Positions 38,301 through 50,300 of a DNA stretch of 64,000 nt are shown here, piece by piece. Both the position numbers and the translations under genes were made by a program. Below the pieces are notes generated by a model. It saw only the letters and a list, made by a program, of their open reading frames with translations, was not told where the DNA came from and made no database searches. Numbering within the stretch: the first letter of the stretch is position 1; the number at the start of each line of letters is the position of its first letter. This stretch comes from Raillietiella orientalis (Eukaryota). The stretch lies in assembly GCA_036172245.1 (NCBI GenBank), contig JAYWIR010000007.1, forward strand, positions 3,658,001 through 3,722,000, read 5' to 3'.

Positions 38301-41300
38301 ACTTTCCGAAGTCTAACCGGGAGGTTCTTCCAGGAACGGGAAAAGGATAAGGGAAGACAGCACGACCATCAAGAAGTTCGATGGTAGAACTGCGACCATG
38401 GTCATCCAGGACTGCAAGAAAGAACACTCGGGAACCTACAAATGCAAGGTGAAGAATCAGCACGGAACTGCCGAGAGCAGCTGCACGGTGCAAATCGAAG
38501 GTAACCCATAGAGATCCTTGCGAACCGGAGAATTCGAACGATTTCTTTCCAGAGGAAGAATTGGAGGAAGAGATGGAAACCGAGGAAAGCGTCCAAGAAG
38601 AAGAGAAGGAAGAAGAAATGAAAGAGGAGGAGCAGAAGCTAGAAAAGAGGAAGGCTGCTGAAGAGAAGGAGGATGTGTCGGCTAAGAAACTCAAGGGCAA
38701 GGAAAAGCTTCAGGAAGAAGAAGCAAAAAGAGAACAGGAAATCGACCAGAAGTCAAAGGCCACTGAGAGGTCACGGGAACCAGAGAAACGTCCGCAACCC
38801 GAAAAGTCGATCGAAGAGCCTCAGAAGAAGCAAGAACACAAGGAAAAGTCTCCCGAAGAACCACCCTCCAAGAAGGAAGAGCATAAAGAGCCTTCGGTCG
38901 AGAAGCAGCCAGAGGCAAAGAAGAGTCCAGAAAAAACCACTGCAAAAAAGAAGCGAGATGAGCTGCGGAAAAAGGACGAGGAGGATTCTAAAAGGAGCAA
39001 GGTCGATGATGCGGAAGAACCGAGCAGGAAGTCTCCTGAGGAACCAGTGGAAATGGACGTGTCCGACGACACGGGATGGTCACCCTCAGAGATTCAAGAG
39101 GTGAGGAGAGGGGGCCTCGAAGCGAGAAAGCAAGGGATCACACGAGGGGGTTTCGCCGATCTTCATACCCTTTGGGGTGCAACGGCTTGCCTTCCCTGAC
39201 CTTCAGGGCAGGGGATGAAACTCTTCGAACTCGTAGGATGCCAAATCGATAGGATGGCTGGACACCTCGCTCTTGCTGCTCGAGAAGCGCTGGTTCGATT
39301 TCTTTCGGCAGTGACCGTCTTTGTTGTTTCCAGGATGCCCAGGAGCGAAGAAAGGACGGCCTTTTTCCAGACTTCGATGAATATCCTCCTTCTAAAAAGA
39401 TAGAGGAAGCGAAGGACAGTTCTCCGAAGAGCGCAGCACCTAAAAAAGTACGGACAGAGTGTCGGGTCGCTCCTCTTCCTCTCTCTTTTTCTTCTAAGTC
39501 ATCTCCTTTTTCTTCTTGGCCGCTCTCCATCAAGTCTAAGTAGTCGCCAGCTGTAGCCTGGCAGCAGATCGATCTTTCTCTCCGGATATCAGTGGGGGAA
39601 ACCGTCCCCGTGCATTTTTTTGTTTTCCCCTCTCTCTCTCTTCCACATCTAGAAGAAGCCAAAAGCCCACCCCGTGGAGAATCACGAAGGACCGGAAGGT
39701 GACAGGAAGCAGCTTTCCGTCGAAGAATCGGAGGACAGCCAATCTGAAAAGGACTCGGTACGTTTCTAGAGAAAAGGACTTGTCATCTTCTCCAAGCCGC
39801 TGCTAGCCTTTGGCTATTAGCCCGGCTCCGCTGCCTCCGAACTCCCGGACTGATAGCTGTCCCCCTTTTCTTTTTGCAGGAGGACGCGAAGGTACCGGAG
39901 AAACCCCGGGTGCCCGTGATCGAGGTGGAAAAGGAGAAAGAATCGGATTCCAGGAGGGGATCTATCATCAGCATCCAGTCGAGGAAAGGTTCGTTCATGC
40001 TCCCAGCCACGGGAGAGCGCCGTCCCAGCTTAATCATCGCCGACGAGGTTGGTATCTCCCTGTCAGGGTGTCCCGTTTTTCCTCACTTCGGTCCTCCTAC
40101 CAGTCTTTCCCCCATCCTCACCTTGCGTGCACCTCAGAGTTTCGTCTCGTTCCGGCGAGCGGAGCTGAGCTCAGCCCTCTGGAACCCCCTTTTACCTGTC
40201 CCTTATGTCTCCCTTTTGTCTGATCCTCGTGACCCTTCCATTGTTTTCACAAAAAAACCTGCCCTGTGATCTAAACAAACATTTCCATCCTGTGATTGTC
40301 AAAAGTATAATTTTCCTATGATTGTCACCAAAATTCCTGTCTTGTGATTGTCACAAATATGTGTCTGTCTGTGATTGTCACAAATATGTGTCTGTCTGTG
40401 ATTGTCACAAATATTTGTCTGTCTGTGATTGTCACAAATATTTGTCTGTCTGTGGTCGTCACAAATATTTGTCTGTCTGTGGTCGTCACAAATATGTGTC
40501 TGTCTGTGGTCGTCACAAATATGTGTCTGTCTGTGGTCGTCACAAATATGTGTCTGTCTGTGTTCGTTACAAATGTGTGTCTGTTTTGCGATCGTCACCA
40601 AAATGTCTGTCCGGAGATCACTGAAAGGATGCCCTTCCTGTGGTCGTCACGAGTGCTTCGGTCCTACTCGTCTAGTTTCTAGGAAGCCCTAGCAATGGTT
40701 TTTCTAAGCAGCACAGCTGTTGAGCACCTCTTTGGTGCATTGTTTGTTCTTTCTTTCTTTCTTCTTCCTCTTGCACAGTCCCTTCAGAATCCACGAGCAA
40801 CCTCATACAGGTTACTGTGGAGATAGCCCCAAAGCACGCTGTGATGATCACCGCCAGGAGACCATCTGCCGGCACGCCACTGTCCCGGAGGCAGGAGGAA
40901 CGAGAAGGACTTCCTGGTTCCATGACTCTTCCGAAGATTCGCAGACTGCCTAAAGACGTCACCCTGCAAGACCTGTGGTGGATGGACTCTCTTGAGCCTC
41001 GTCGCACGTCCCATCGAACTCTACCTGGTGCCTTGTCTGCGGCGGTCCCGAACGCATGACTTCAGTCTCTGGGCTGAGAAGAGCGATCTCGGTGTCCTAA
41101 GGTCATTGAGGTATCTTTGCTTCCCTTGTGTCGCTGCTGCTTCGCAGGTAGTTCAGACTCCCGCCTAGGTGGACCGCGAAACGTCCGGTTCGTCGTGCGT
41201 CAGGCCCGGTGACAGCCGCCAGATGGCGATGAACGCGATCGGGGGATGGCGCTTTCCTGAGGTCTCAGACATCCCTCGCCTCGCGCGGGCTCATCAGCTT

Positions 41301-44300
41301 CCGCAAGAGCTGTCGAACGATCCCCGTGTTCTCTCGGGTGTGCTCACTGCGGACGAGCGGCGCGACCCCGTGGAGCCGCCGTGAGCAAGCGCGCGATTCT
41401 AATCTCATAAGAAGCTCTCTCCTTCGACGCATCCAAAAATGTAAGACCTCGACCTTTTCAGGAACACAGGAAGCTTCGCCCGGGGGAACTGCCTCTGGAA
41501 GATTACAAGGTAATCATCATCCGCCATGCCCGGAGGCGACGTGATCTGTCCGGGCAGTATTTTCGGTGTTCTTCCCTTTTATGTGGTCCTCACTGTGTGT
41601 GTGCTTTCTGTGTCGACTCTGTCTCTCTCTGTGTGTGTCTCTGCTTGTTGACCTTTCATCGTTGCTAACATGTCCTCTACTGACCCACGCAACCCTTCCG
41701 TCTTGTTGGAAACCTTCACCGCCTCTCTCTGTGTTCGACCGCCGAGTTCCCCCTCGGAAAAAAAAAAGAAAAAAAAAAAAAAAAGCCGCTCAATGCGGTC
41801 CGGCTGCTGATTTTTACACATTCTCACCAGTAGAGTAGTCCTCCATGTGGTAAATCTTTCTACTCGTTAGGCACAAAGGTTACGGCCAGGAGAGATTGTA
41901 GACGACGACTCGAAAGTGAGTATTCCGACCCGAAAAGCTCCAAATAGCACGCAAGACTGGCTTCCTGGTCCATCACAGGATTAAAATGCTTTGCATAATG
42001 AGCGATCGCTTTCCGCGTGATTCTCTTCCTTCCCAAGTGGCAAATGGAGAACACCGAGCTGGTGGTGGTGGCGATGGTGGCTTTTCGTTCTCTTTGCTCT
42101 CTCCTCTTTTTTCTTCTTCCGCACCTCCCCCCTTTGCCTTGGTTTCACTGCTCGCTTCGCATCTTTTCGGGTGCTTTCGCGATCCCCCACACGTACTGCC
42201 CCTTCACTCCGGGTGGTAAGTAGGTGCGGCCCTTGCTCAGGATGCGCGACTAACGCTTCCGCCGCTCTCGGCATGCGAGCGCAGCTTGCTCGCTGGCTTC
42301 GGGGCATGGAAGACGGCGCAACGCGGTCGCTCCAGGATCACCCCCCTGCACTCTTGCAGGTGGCCAGAACTCACTACCCCCTCTCTCACGATTCCTCGGG
42401 TGCTCTCTCCGCCCATCGTCTCCTGGGGAAGGGGAGAGAATCCGAAGAGACCGCCCGAGTATTCGAGCGGTCGGCTACCCGATGCAGCGGGACGCAGCCC
42501 GCGGTTGTCAGAGGGGACGACGATCTCCTCCGAGAAATGCAGGGAGGGCATAGTGCGGGTGCAGTTCCGGACCTCGGGTTTCCGGCGAATTCGGAAGGGA
42601 GAAGGGGTGGTGTGAAAAGAATTCTGCGTACCAATTTTTCCTCTCTTCTCTTCGTGGAACGCCCTGGTTAATACCACCGAAAAAAGTCGTGCATCCTCTT
42701 GCATGCGCACAGAGCCAATTCCAGTTCATGTGGAAAATCTCTGTAATCGCAGTGCAGGATTCTCTGATACGTTTCATACATTTCCCAGCACAGATTACAT
42801 ATATATATGCATATACATACATACATGTGTGTGTGATCGTATATATGTGCCCATATATATAGACACATATATGTGCTCACAAATACACATATATATACAT
42901 CATTAGCATCCGTGCATGGGTGCATCCACTGCGATCTATTTCGAAAAAGCTTTCTGACATGTGCACGTGTGGGCTACTGTTGTCCGCAATGCGGGGAGGG
43001 TTCATGCAGCCCTCGGGCGAAGAGGCGCACATCAGCTGCTCACATGCTGAATGGCATGCTGCTTGAGCGCTCCTCAAAAGGCTTCGCAAAGCTGCTGCTA
43101 CTGCTGCCGCTGCTTTCAACAACCAGATCTTTCGCATCAGAAGCTTGAGCTTGTAAAGTCCCCCCGGAATCCGAGTCACGAAAGGGTACAACATGTGGTA
43201 TCCCGGGGTTTCAGAGGCGAAGGCGCAGCACGGATGTTCGCAAGCCCAGCATCTCCGAATTGGAGGAGAGGATCGACAAACCGTCCACTCCGCTGATCCC
43301 CATCGGTGAAGAAGGTCCTCCGTGTATTGTCGATTACCAAGAGAATTACTCTGCCATTGAAGGTACAGCAGCATCAGCGCTGAAAGCACGGGGTTTCTCC
43401 TGGGGGTGGAGGGATGCGCACATGGCGACCTTTCGACCTTCCCTTCTCCGCAACCGCCACTTTCCATTTTTGCGGCTGCATTCCTGCCAATCCCACATTT
43501 CTTACACGTTGGTCGATCTTGCGGATGCCCCCCCCGGAGGTCCGTCGTGACGTCATCTGCGATCCGAGTGCCAGTCGCAGCGAACCGGTGGCGCGCTGTT
43601 CTGAAAGGCATCCGGCAGATCCGCCGCTACGGGAGCAAGAAAAACAAGATCGGAGACGTTTCTCCTCCTCTTCCTTTTCTCTCTCCTCTTCATCCCTTCT
43701 TTCGAGCTTCGCAGGCGTTCCCATGTTTGAAGATAAGCTAAGATGTTTCCTTCTTTCCTCCAGGACAAAACGCCTACATCACGATCCAGGTGGAGGGCAA
43801 TCCACCGCCCACTTTCAAGTTTTACAAGGTGAGCGGGACCCGCTTGCTTGAAGAGGGTCCGGCAGGGTCTCCCCCCTTCTCCCTCGCTGTCTGCCTCCTG
43901 CATAGCCTCCAAACGCTCCATTCTGACCGGATCCATCGGACGCGTGTCTTCTCCTAGGGCATCACCGAGCTCATTGAAGGAGGAAGATACAAATACATCA
44001 CCGATGGAGAGACCAACACCATCACCCTCTGCGTAAGGAAGTGCCGTCCCGCGGACGAAGGCAGGTACTCCGTCATCATCAAGAACTGCCACGGGGATGA
44101 CAAGGCTGAGATGACCTTATTCGTTTCCGGTATTTGAATCATGCTTAAGCACAAAGGGTTCGTTTCTGACGGGGTGACGTTAGATTCCGCCGGCATGGAT
44201 TTTCGTGCCCTGCTGAAGAAGAGGAAATACGCCAAGTGGAGCACCAACAAGCAGGACCCGGAGTGGGGCGAGCTCAAGCAGGTGGAGGAGGACCTCAAGT

Positions 44301-47300
44301 CGAAGCTGAAGAAAGTGGACAAGGTAACGCCCTCTCAATTCCCGGCGCTGAGGAGGGGAAGGTCCTCCTCTGGGGCACCCAGACCCTCCCCCTTCCGCGT
44401 TGCTTCCGTTTCCCCTCGAGATTGCGGGAGGGTTCCTTGCCTCCTTCTCCACGCGACCACGCGCGCCGTCGCTGCTGTCCATCTCGCCGTGGGTCGGGGT
44501 TAGTCTCGTTCGTGGCCGGAAGGAGAGTTCGGCTCTTTTTTGCACGCCAAGCAGCGCCTCGGGCGAGACGCGGATTTTCCGGTCTCTTTCTTTTTTTTGG
44601 TTTGCTAAGTACCTCAGAGCCGGTCGCGTGCCTCGTGGCGCACGTGGCTCTTTTTAAACATCAAACACACTGTTTTGTTTCCACGCCTCTCCTCCCGCAG
44701 CAACCCGCAGGAGGGCGTGTAATTCTTCAGGATAGGGGGCATTCCGGGATGGGGGTCCGCCCTATGAATCCAAGAAGGGCTCGGAGTCCATTCCTCTCAC
44801 GCTTGGGGAGGAATCCCCCCCATCAGGGGGGGATCACACCTCCCACCCTGGTTGCCGCCGAAGGGGAAACCCGAAGGGAATCTCCTTCCTCATTCTCTCC
44901 GGAGGGGCACCCTCTAATGGGGAGGGGCTGTCCTCTCCATTTCAACTTCTCTGAAGGGAACCGGAAAGGATCCGCTAGTAAGAATTTCTTCTCCGGAGGG
45001 AACCCGCAAGGGAACCGCTCCTGTTCACTCCTCTGAAGAGAACCCCGAAGGGACGCTTCCGAAACTCAAATGGGGCGCTGCAGCTTCCCGCAGGGGGATC
45101 GCTCTCGCTTGCTTCCTTGCACTTTGTGAAGAGGCGACGACTCGGAGGATCCCCCCGCAACAGGGGGGTCCGCTCCTTTGAACTAGACAGGTGCCCGCGA
45201 GGGCTCCTGCTCCACCTTGAAACCGGAGGGGTCCCCCGATGAGGGGGTTCCGCTCTCCGTTGTACGACCGTAGGGGGAACTCCCCATTCCTTTACTCCCG
45301 GGAAGACCCGAAGGTCAATTTCCCATTGTTCCGGCCTTAATCGGGGGCCTCCGGCTTTATCCACCGTGCCATGCCCGAATGATTAGGCCAACCAGCGCCA
45401 TTGCAGGAGAAACTCGGAACCCGACGACGCAGTGGCGTCAGAGTTTCATGCCGGAGTATTCGAACCCGCGACGCATGGTGCCAGACGCGGAAGCCTTAAC
45501 CACAAGGCCTCCGAAGCGGGCTCTTTCTTGAGGGCGCTCGAACGCCCTTGGCGCGCATCCTGGGCACTCCTGGACACAGCTCGCTCTCAAAAGGGGAAAA
45601 CCATTAACAGGAAGCGGAAAAGTTCACCCCTTCCTCCTTCCGGCCCTCCTACCATAGAAGAAACGTCCTCCTCACCAGCGACCAGTGCTCTCGACCTTCC
45701 CGAAAGTTTCGGGGTGTCCTCTTAGGAACCGAGTGTTTCCCTTCTAGAAACAAGAGAAGTGGGTGCAACCGTTGGTCGACGTATCAGTGAAAGAAGGCAA
45801 GGATAAGAAAGCGTGCTTTGAAGGAGAGTTCTCGAAGAACAATTGCAAGGCCCGATGGTTCTTCAGGCAGGATGTAAGCTCTAGGGGGAGGAGCAGGCAG
45901 CCTCACAGTAGCTCGTTTCACAGGAGATATTTCCTGGTTCCAAGTACAAGATGGTCGTCGAAGGCTACATGTACAGGCTGATCATCAGCAACCCCGTCGT
46001 GCAAGACAAGGGAAAGTACACCTGCGAGGTCATGACGACCCTGACCAGCGCCTACCTGGACGTTTCGGGTAAGACGCATCGCGAGTAGATGAGGAGAGCA
46101 TTCTTGCTCCTGCGCAAGTGCGCGTGAGAGCGGCCCGGTGGTTCCTGGGATTTGACGTCTCCTCTGTCTTTTGGACTTCCAGATCCAGACGTACAGTACA
46201 GGTGGACGAAGCCGCTGAATTCCAAGTACCAAGCCTACTCCAAATCGGAACTGGCCCTGGAATGCACGGTGTCCCACAGCAAGGCGGTCATCCTGTGGTA
46301 TAAGGGCGACGAGGAGATAGAGGTAGCTCTTTGCTGCGAGACCTTTAACTTGATCCTTGTTCTTGGCAGGACGGTCCGAAGTACGATATCAGCAAAGACG
46401 TCACTGGTGTCTGCAAGTGTATAATAATGAACACAAAAGTGGAAGACAGCTGCGAGTACCGGGCCGTGATAGCATACCAGGAGCAACCGGACCCTGTCAC
46501 CAAGACCACGGTGCAGATCATACGTGAGTGCCGGTTGTGGTGGCCAGCGACCTCGAACTCCTGACTCTTCCCCAGCGAGGAAAAACAAATTCACGAAGCA
46601 GCTCAAAAGAATGAAAATAACGGAAAGGAGGGACCTTGTGCTGGAATGCGAAGTGGACGACGAGGACGCGGAAGTGAACTGGTTCTATGATGATAAGAAG
46701 CTGATGCAGAGCGATCGGTAAGAGGGAGTCTTTCCGATCTGGAGGTTCACAAATCCCCTCAAGGTACATACTTCACTCAGAGAAGCGTGTAAGAAAGTTA
46801 ACGGTGAAGAAGATAGAACTGGGTGAAGCTGGGCGATATGTGTGCAAGACGAACGCGGACATTACCAAGTCGGAAGTGACTGTCGAACGTGAGTAAAAGC
46901 TCCTGGATTACCTGCAGGTGCGGGAAATGCACGTTTCCCTTCCAGCCGCCAATAAGTTTGTCAAGAGTCTGCAAGACACCACCGTTGTTGAAAGAGAGCA
47001 GCTGCTGCTGGAAGTCAAGCTCCAGGATCAGAAAGCTCCCGCTGAATGGTTTTTCAACGACCAGAAATTGGAACCCTCTGATAAGTACGTTGCCACCGTG
47101 TCACCGTTGTCACCGTCATCACGTCGCATAGGTACATCATTAAGGATGGTGCTGCCGGGAAGCACCAGCTCATCATTGAGAAATCCGCCTTGAGCGATGC
47201 TGGGAGCTATGTCTGCAAATCGACCAAATGCTCTTCATCTTGTCAAGTGGAGGTCCTCAAAGGAGAGGAGGCTCCCATAATCAAGATGGACGAGGACGTG

Positions 47301-50300
47301 GTCGGATCTGCGAAGAAACCCCTCAACTTCGTGGTGCCCTACGAAGGTACCCAATTTCTGCCTCTCCTCTTCTGCTGCCCAAGCTCATCCGAATCCGTGT
47401 GATCCTTGGTCTCCTCTTCTGTTTCCATTTTATCTTCTTCACCCGTCTGGATGATGGTCCTCCTGATGCGCAGTGGCATGTTGGGGTCATCGCTAGTAGG
47501 GGATGGCCCGCAATCCTTGGCCCCTGGTCAATCCTGGAATCACAGGCTTTTGACAGCAGAGGATCATCGAGCCTCCCTTGGAAAATCTAGCGCTTCCTTG
47601 TGCTTGCATTAATCTGGAGTTTTTCTTTGTCTGCTCCGCTCCTCATCAGCTTCGCGGTCGATAGCACACAACCCTCTCTTCTCTTCAACCCCTCTCTTTT
47701 TTTTCCTGAGCACTTGACCTGCCCTTGTCCGCTGGCCTTCCATTCCGTCTTCTTTCCGTTTCAGTTCAAGGACACAGGCAATCCGAGGTCCAGTTTCGCC
47801 TTTCCCGCGGAGGAAAAGCTCTCGGCCCTCTGGACATGACCACCGTCGTCAAAGAGAACCAAGTCGAGGTGTCCCTGAAAGCTCCGGAGCGTTCCATGAC
47901 TGACACGTACGAGATCAAACTCTGGAACACCCAGGGAGAGGACACGAAGCTCCTGAAGATCACAGTGCAAGGTAATCATGACCCTTCCCGATCACAATTC
48001 CTGAACGAAAGCGTCGCCGCGCAGACGTCCCGTCCCCGCCGAGGAACCTGAACGTGACCAACGTCTTCGAGACGAACTGCATGCTTGGATGGGATCCTCC
48101 GGAGGATAACGGAGGGCTTCCGCTGCAGTCCTATGTCATCGAGCGCCAGGAGGTTTCTCCGAAGGCCACCTGGCAGAAAATAGGCATGCAGAAGCCGACC
48201 GAGCCCACCTCTTGCAAGTGTGACGGCATGAAGAAGAAGGCGCAGTACAAATACAGGGTCATCGCGGTCAACAAGATGGGCGAGTCTGAACCTGCCACTC
48301 ATCAGCAGACCATACTGGCCAAAGATCCTTGGGGTACTCGGCCATCACACTTCTAAACTCTCTCTCCGAATTTTTCTCTCCTTCCAGACGAGCCTGGGAA
48401 GGTCAGGAATGTGGAAGTAGTCGACTGGGATTTTGACCACGCGGATCTGAAGTGGACCAAACCGGAATCCGATGGAGGTGCGCCCATCACAGGTTACATC
48501 ATTGAATACAAGGTGAGACACGCCCTGCTTTAATCCTTGGCTCCTTCCCCTCTCTCCACCCCAATCCCTCTCTCTCCTTTCCCTCGAGGGTTTGCACTCC
48601 ATATCGTCTACTGCTTCTCCTTCCAGGACAAATACTCTCCCAACTGGAACAAAGGGAAGGAGATAGCGGGAGATGTGACCGAAGGCACAGTGGATGGGCT
48701 AGTGAAAAACAAGACCTATGAGTTCCGTGTGCGGGCCGTAAACAAAGCTGGTCCTGGGGAACCCAGTGACCCCACGCATCCCATAGTGGCCAAGAGCCGC
48801 TTCGGTGAGCGAACGCGCATGCCGCCGAAGCGCAATGCGTGACCTCTCTTTCCTCGTGCTTGCGTGCGCAGTGAAACCGTACTTGACCGGAGACGGACTA
48901 AAGAACCTGATGGTGAAGAAAGGTCAGACAATCAAATACGACGTGCAATTCACTGGAGAGCCTCCCCCTGAGATCACGTGGATGCATGGGGAAAACGTCA
49001 TCCACGACAGCAAGAACAGGTGAATGCCAGGTGTTCCCCTGCCAGAGAGCTTGAGAGCATATCCGACGATCCGTTTCAGGACCACTCTGGAGAACACCAC
49101 GACCAGCACTGTGCTGACCATCCGCAATGCGGTTCGCGGCGACACTGGAAAGTACCAGCTGCTTCTTAGCAACAGCTCCGGTACCTTCAGCAGCGAGGCG
49201 GATGTCGTCGTGCTTGGTAACGAACGCCGTCCGGTGATAGAAGCACCAAGTGGTGACCCTGCCTTCCAGACAAGCCTTCCATGCCTCAGGGTCCCCTCCA
49301 AGCGGAGAAGGTCCGAGACAAGAACGCGACGATCTCTTGGGGGAAACCGACCGACACTGGAGGAGAAGAGCTCAAGGGCTACAGTATCGAGAAAATGGAC
49401 TTGGACGAGGGAAAGTGGACTCCCGCAGGAGAGGTAGCCCCTTGACGTCTCCAGAAAGATATTCCTAATCGCACTTCCAGGTGGGGCCCAACCAAACACA
49501 ATTCAAAGTCGAAGGGCTGACTCCGAACAAGAAGTACAAGTTTCGGGTCAAGGCCATCAACAAAGAAGGTGAGTCGGAACCCCTGGAGACGGATGGTGCC
49601 ATCCTGGCCAAAAATCCCTATGGTAAGAGGAGTTTATGGAGGCGAGACACCTCTACGGGTTGGGTTCCCCTTCTTCCGTCCAGATCCTCCTGGACCGCCG
49701 CACAAACCAGAGATCGTGGATTATGACGACAAAATGGCGGTCCTCAAATGGACTCCCCCTGACAGCGACGGTGGGCGTCCCATCCTGAATTACATAATCG
49801 AGAAGAAGGACAAATTCCTAACGGATTGGACGACGGTCCTGACGACCAAAGATGCGGATTGCGAAGCCAAGGTTCCCGATCTCAAGAAGAACCTCATCTA
49901 CGAATTCCGCGTGAGGGCCGTGAACAAGGCAGGAAAAGGAGAGCCCAGCGAACCCACCGACAAGCACTTGTGCAAGCACAAAAACCGTAAGAGCATCCCG
50001 GACGGCTTCCCGAAGTTTCTTTCGCCCTTCCCCATCCAGTGAAACCTCAGATCGACAGGACCAACCTGAAGAACGTGACCTTGCGAGCCGGGAGGAACAT
50101 AAAATGGTCCGTAGACATCGTCGGCGAACCTCCTCCGACGGTCACGTGGATGAAGGACGAAGAGGCCCTCGCGGCAAGCGACAGGGTCAGCATCAACAAT
50201 GTCGACTACCACACGGATTTCTCGCTGAACAGCGTCAAGCGCTCCGACAGAGGGAGGTACACCATTCTTGCGGAGAACAGGAACGGGAAGGACCAGGAGA

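Noticed and set aside
40299..40692. CRISPR-like array or Cys/His-repeat ORFs
   Set aside because: The units are contiguous with no unique spacers and lie in a eukaryotic intron. The ORFs are by-products of a 27-bp (3n) tandem repeat.
40779..41030. Extra PEVK-region exon after a strong pyrimidine tract
   Set aside because: The phase-0 reading hits a stop. The open frame is phase 1, which is incompatible with the flanking phase-0 exons, and the donor is weak.
42017..42615. Candidate extra exons (GTAAGT donor near 42216, acceptor near 42359)
   Set aside because: The translations are not E/K/P-like or projectin-like, and the phases cannot be fixed without transcript data.
45440..45523. tRNA gene (also ~9905-10002 and ~13325-13422)
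   Set aside because: A/B boxes are present, but I could not form a full cloverleaf. Each is attached to a shared repeat body, so I treated them as SINE heads.
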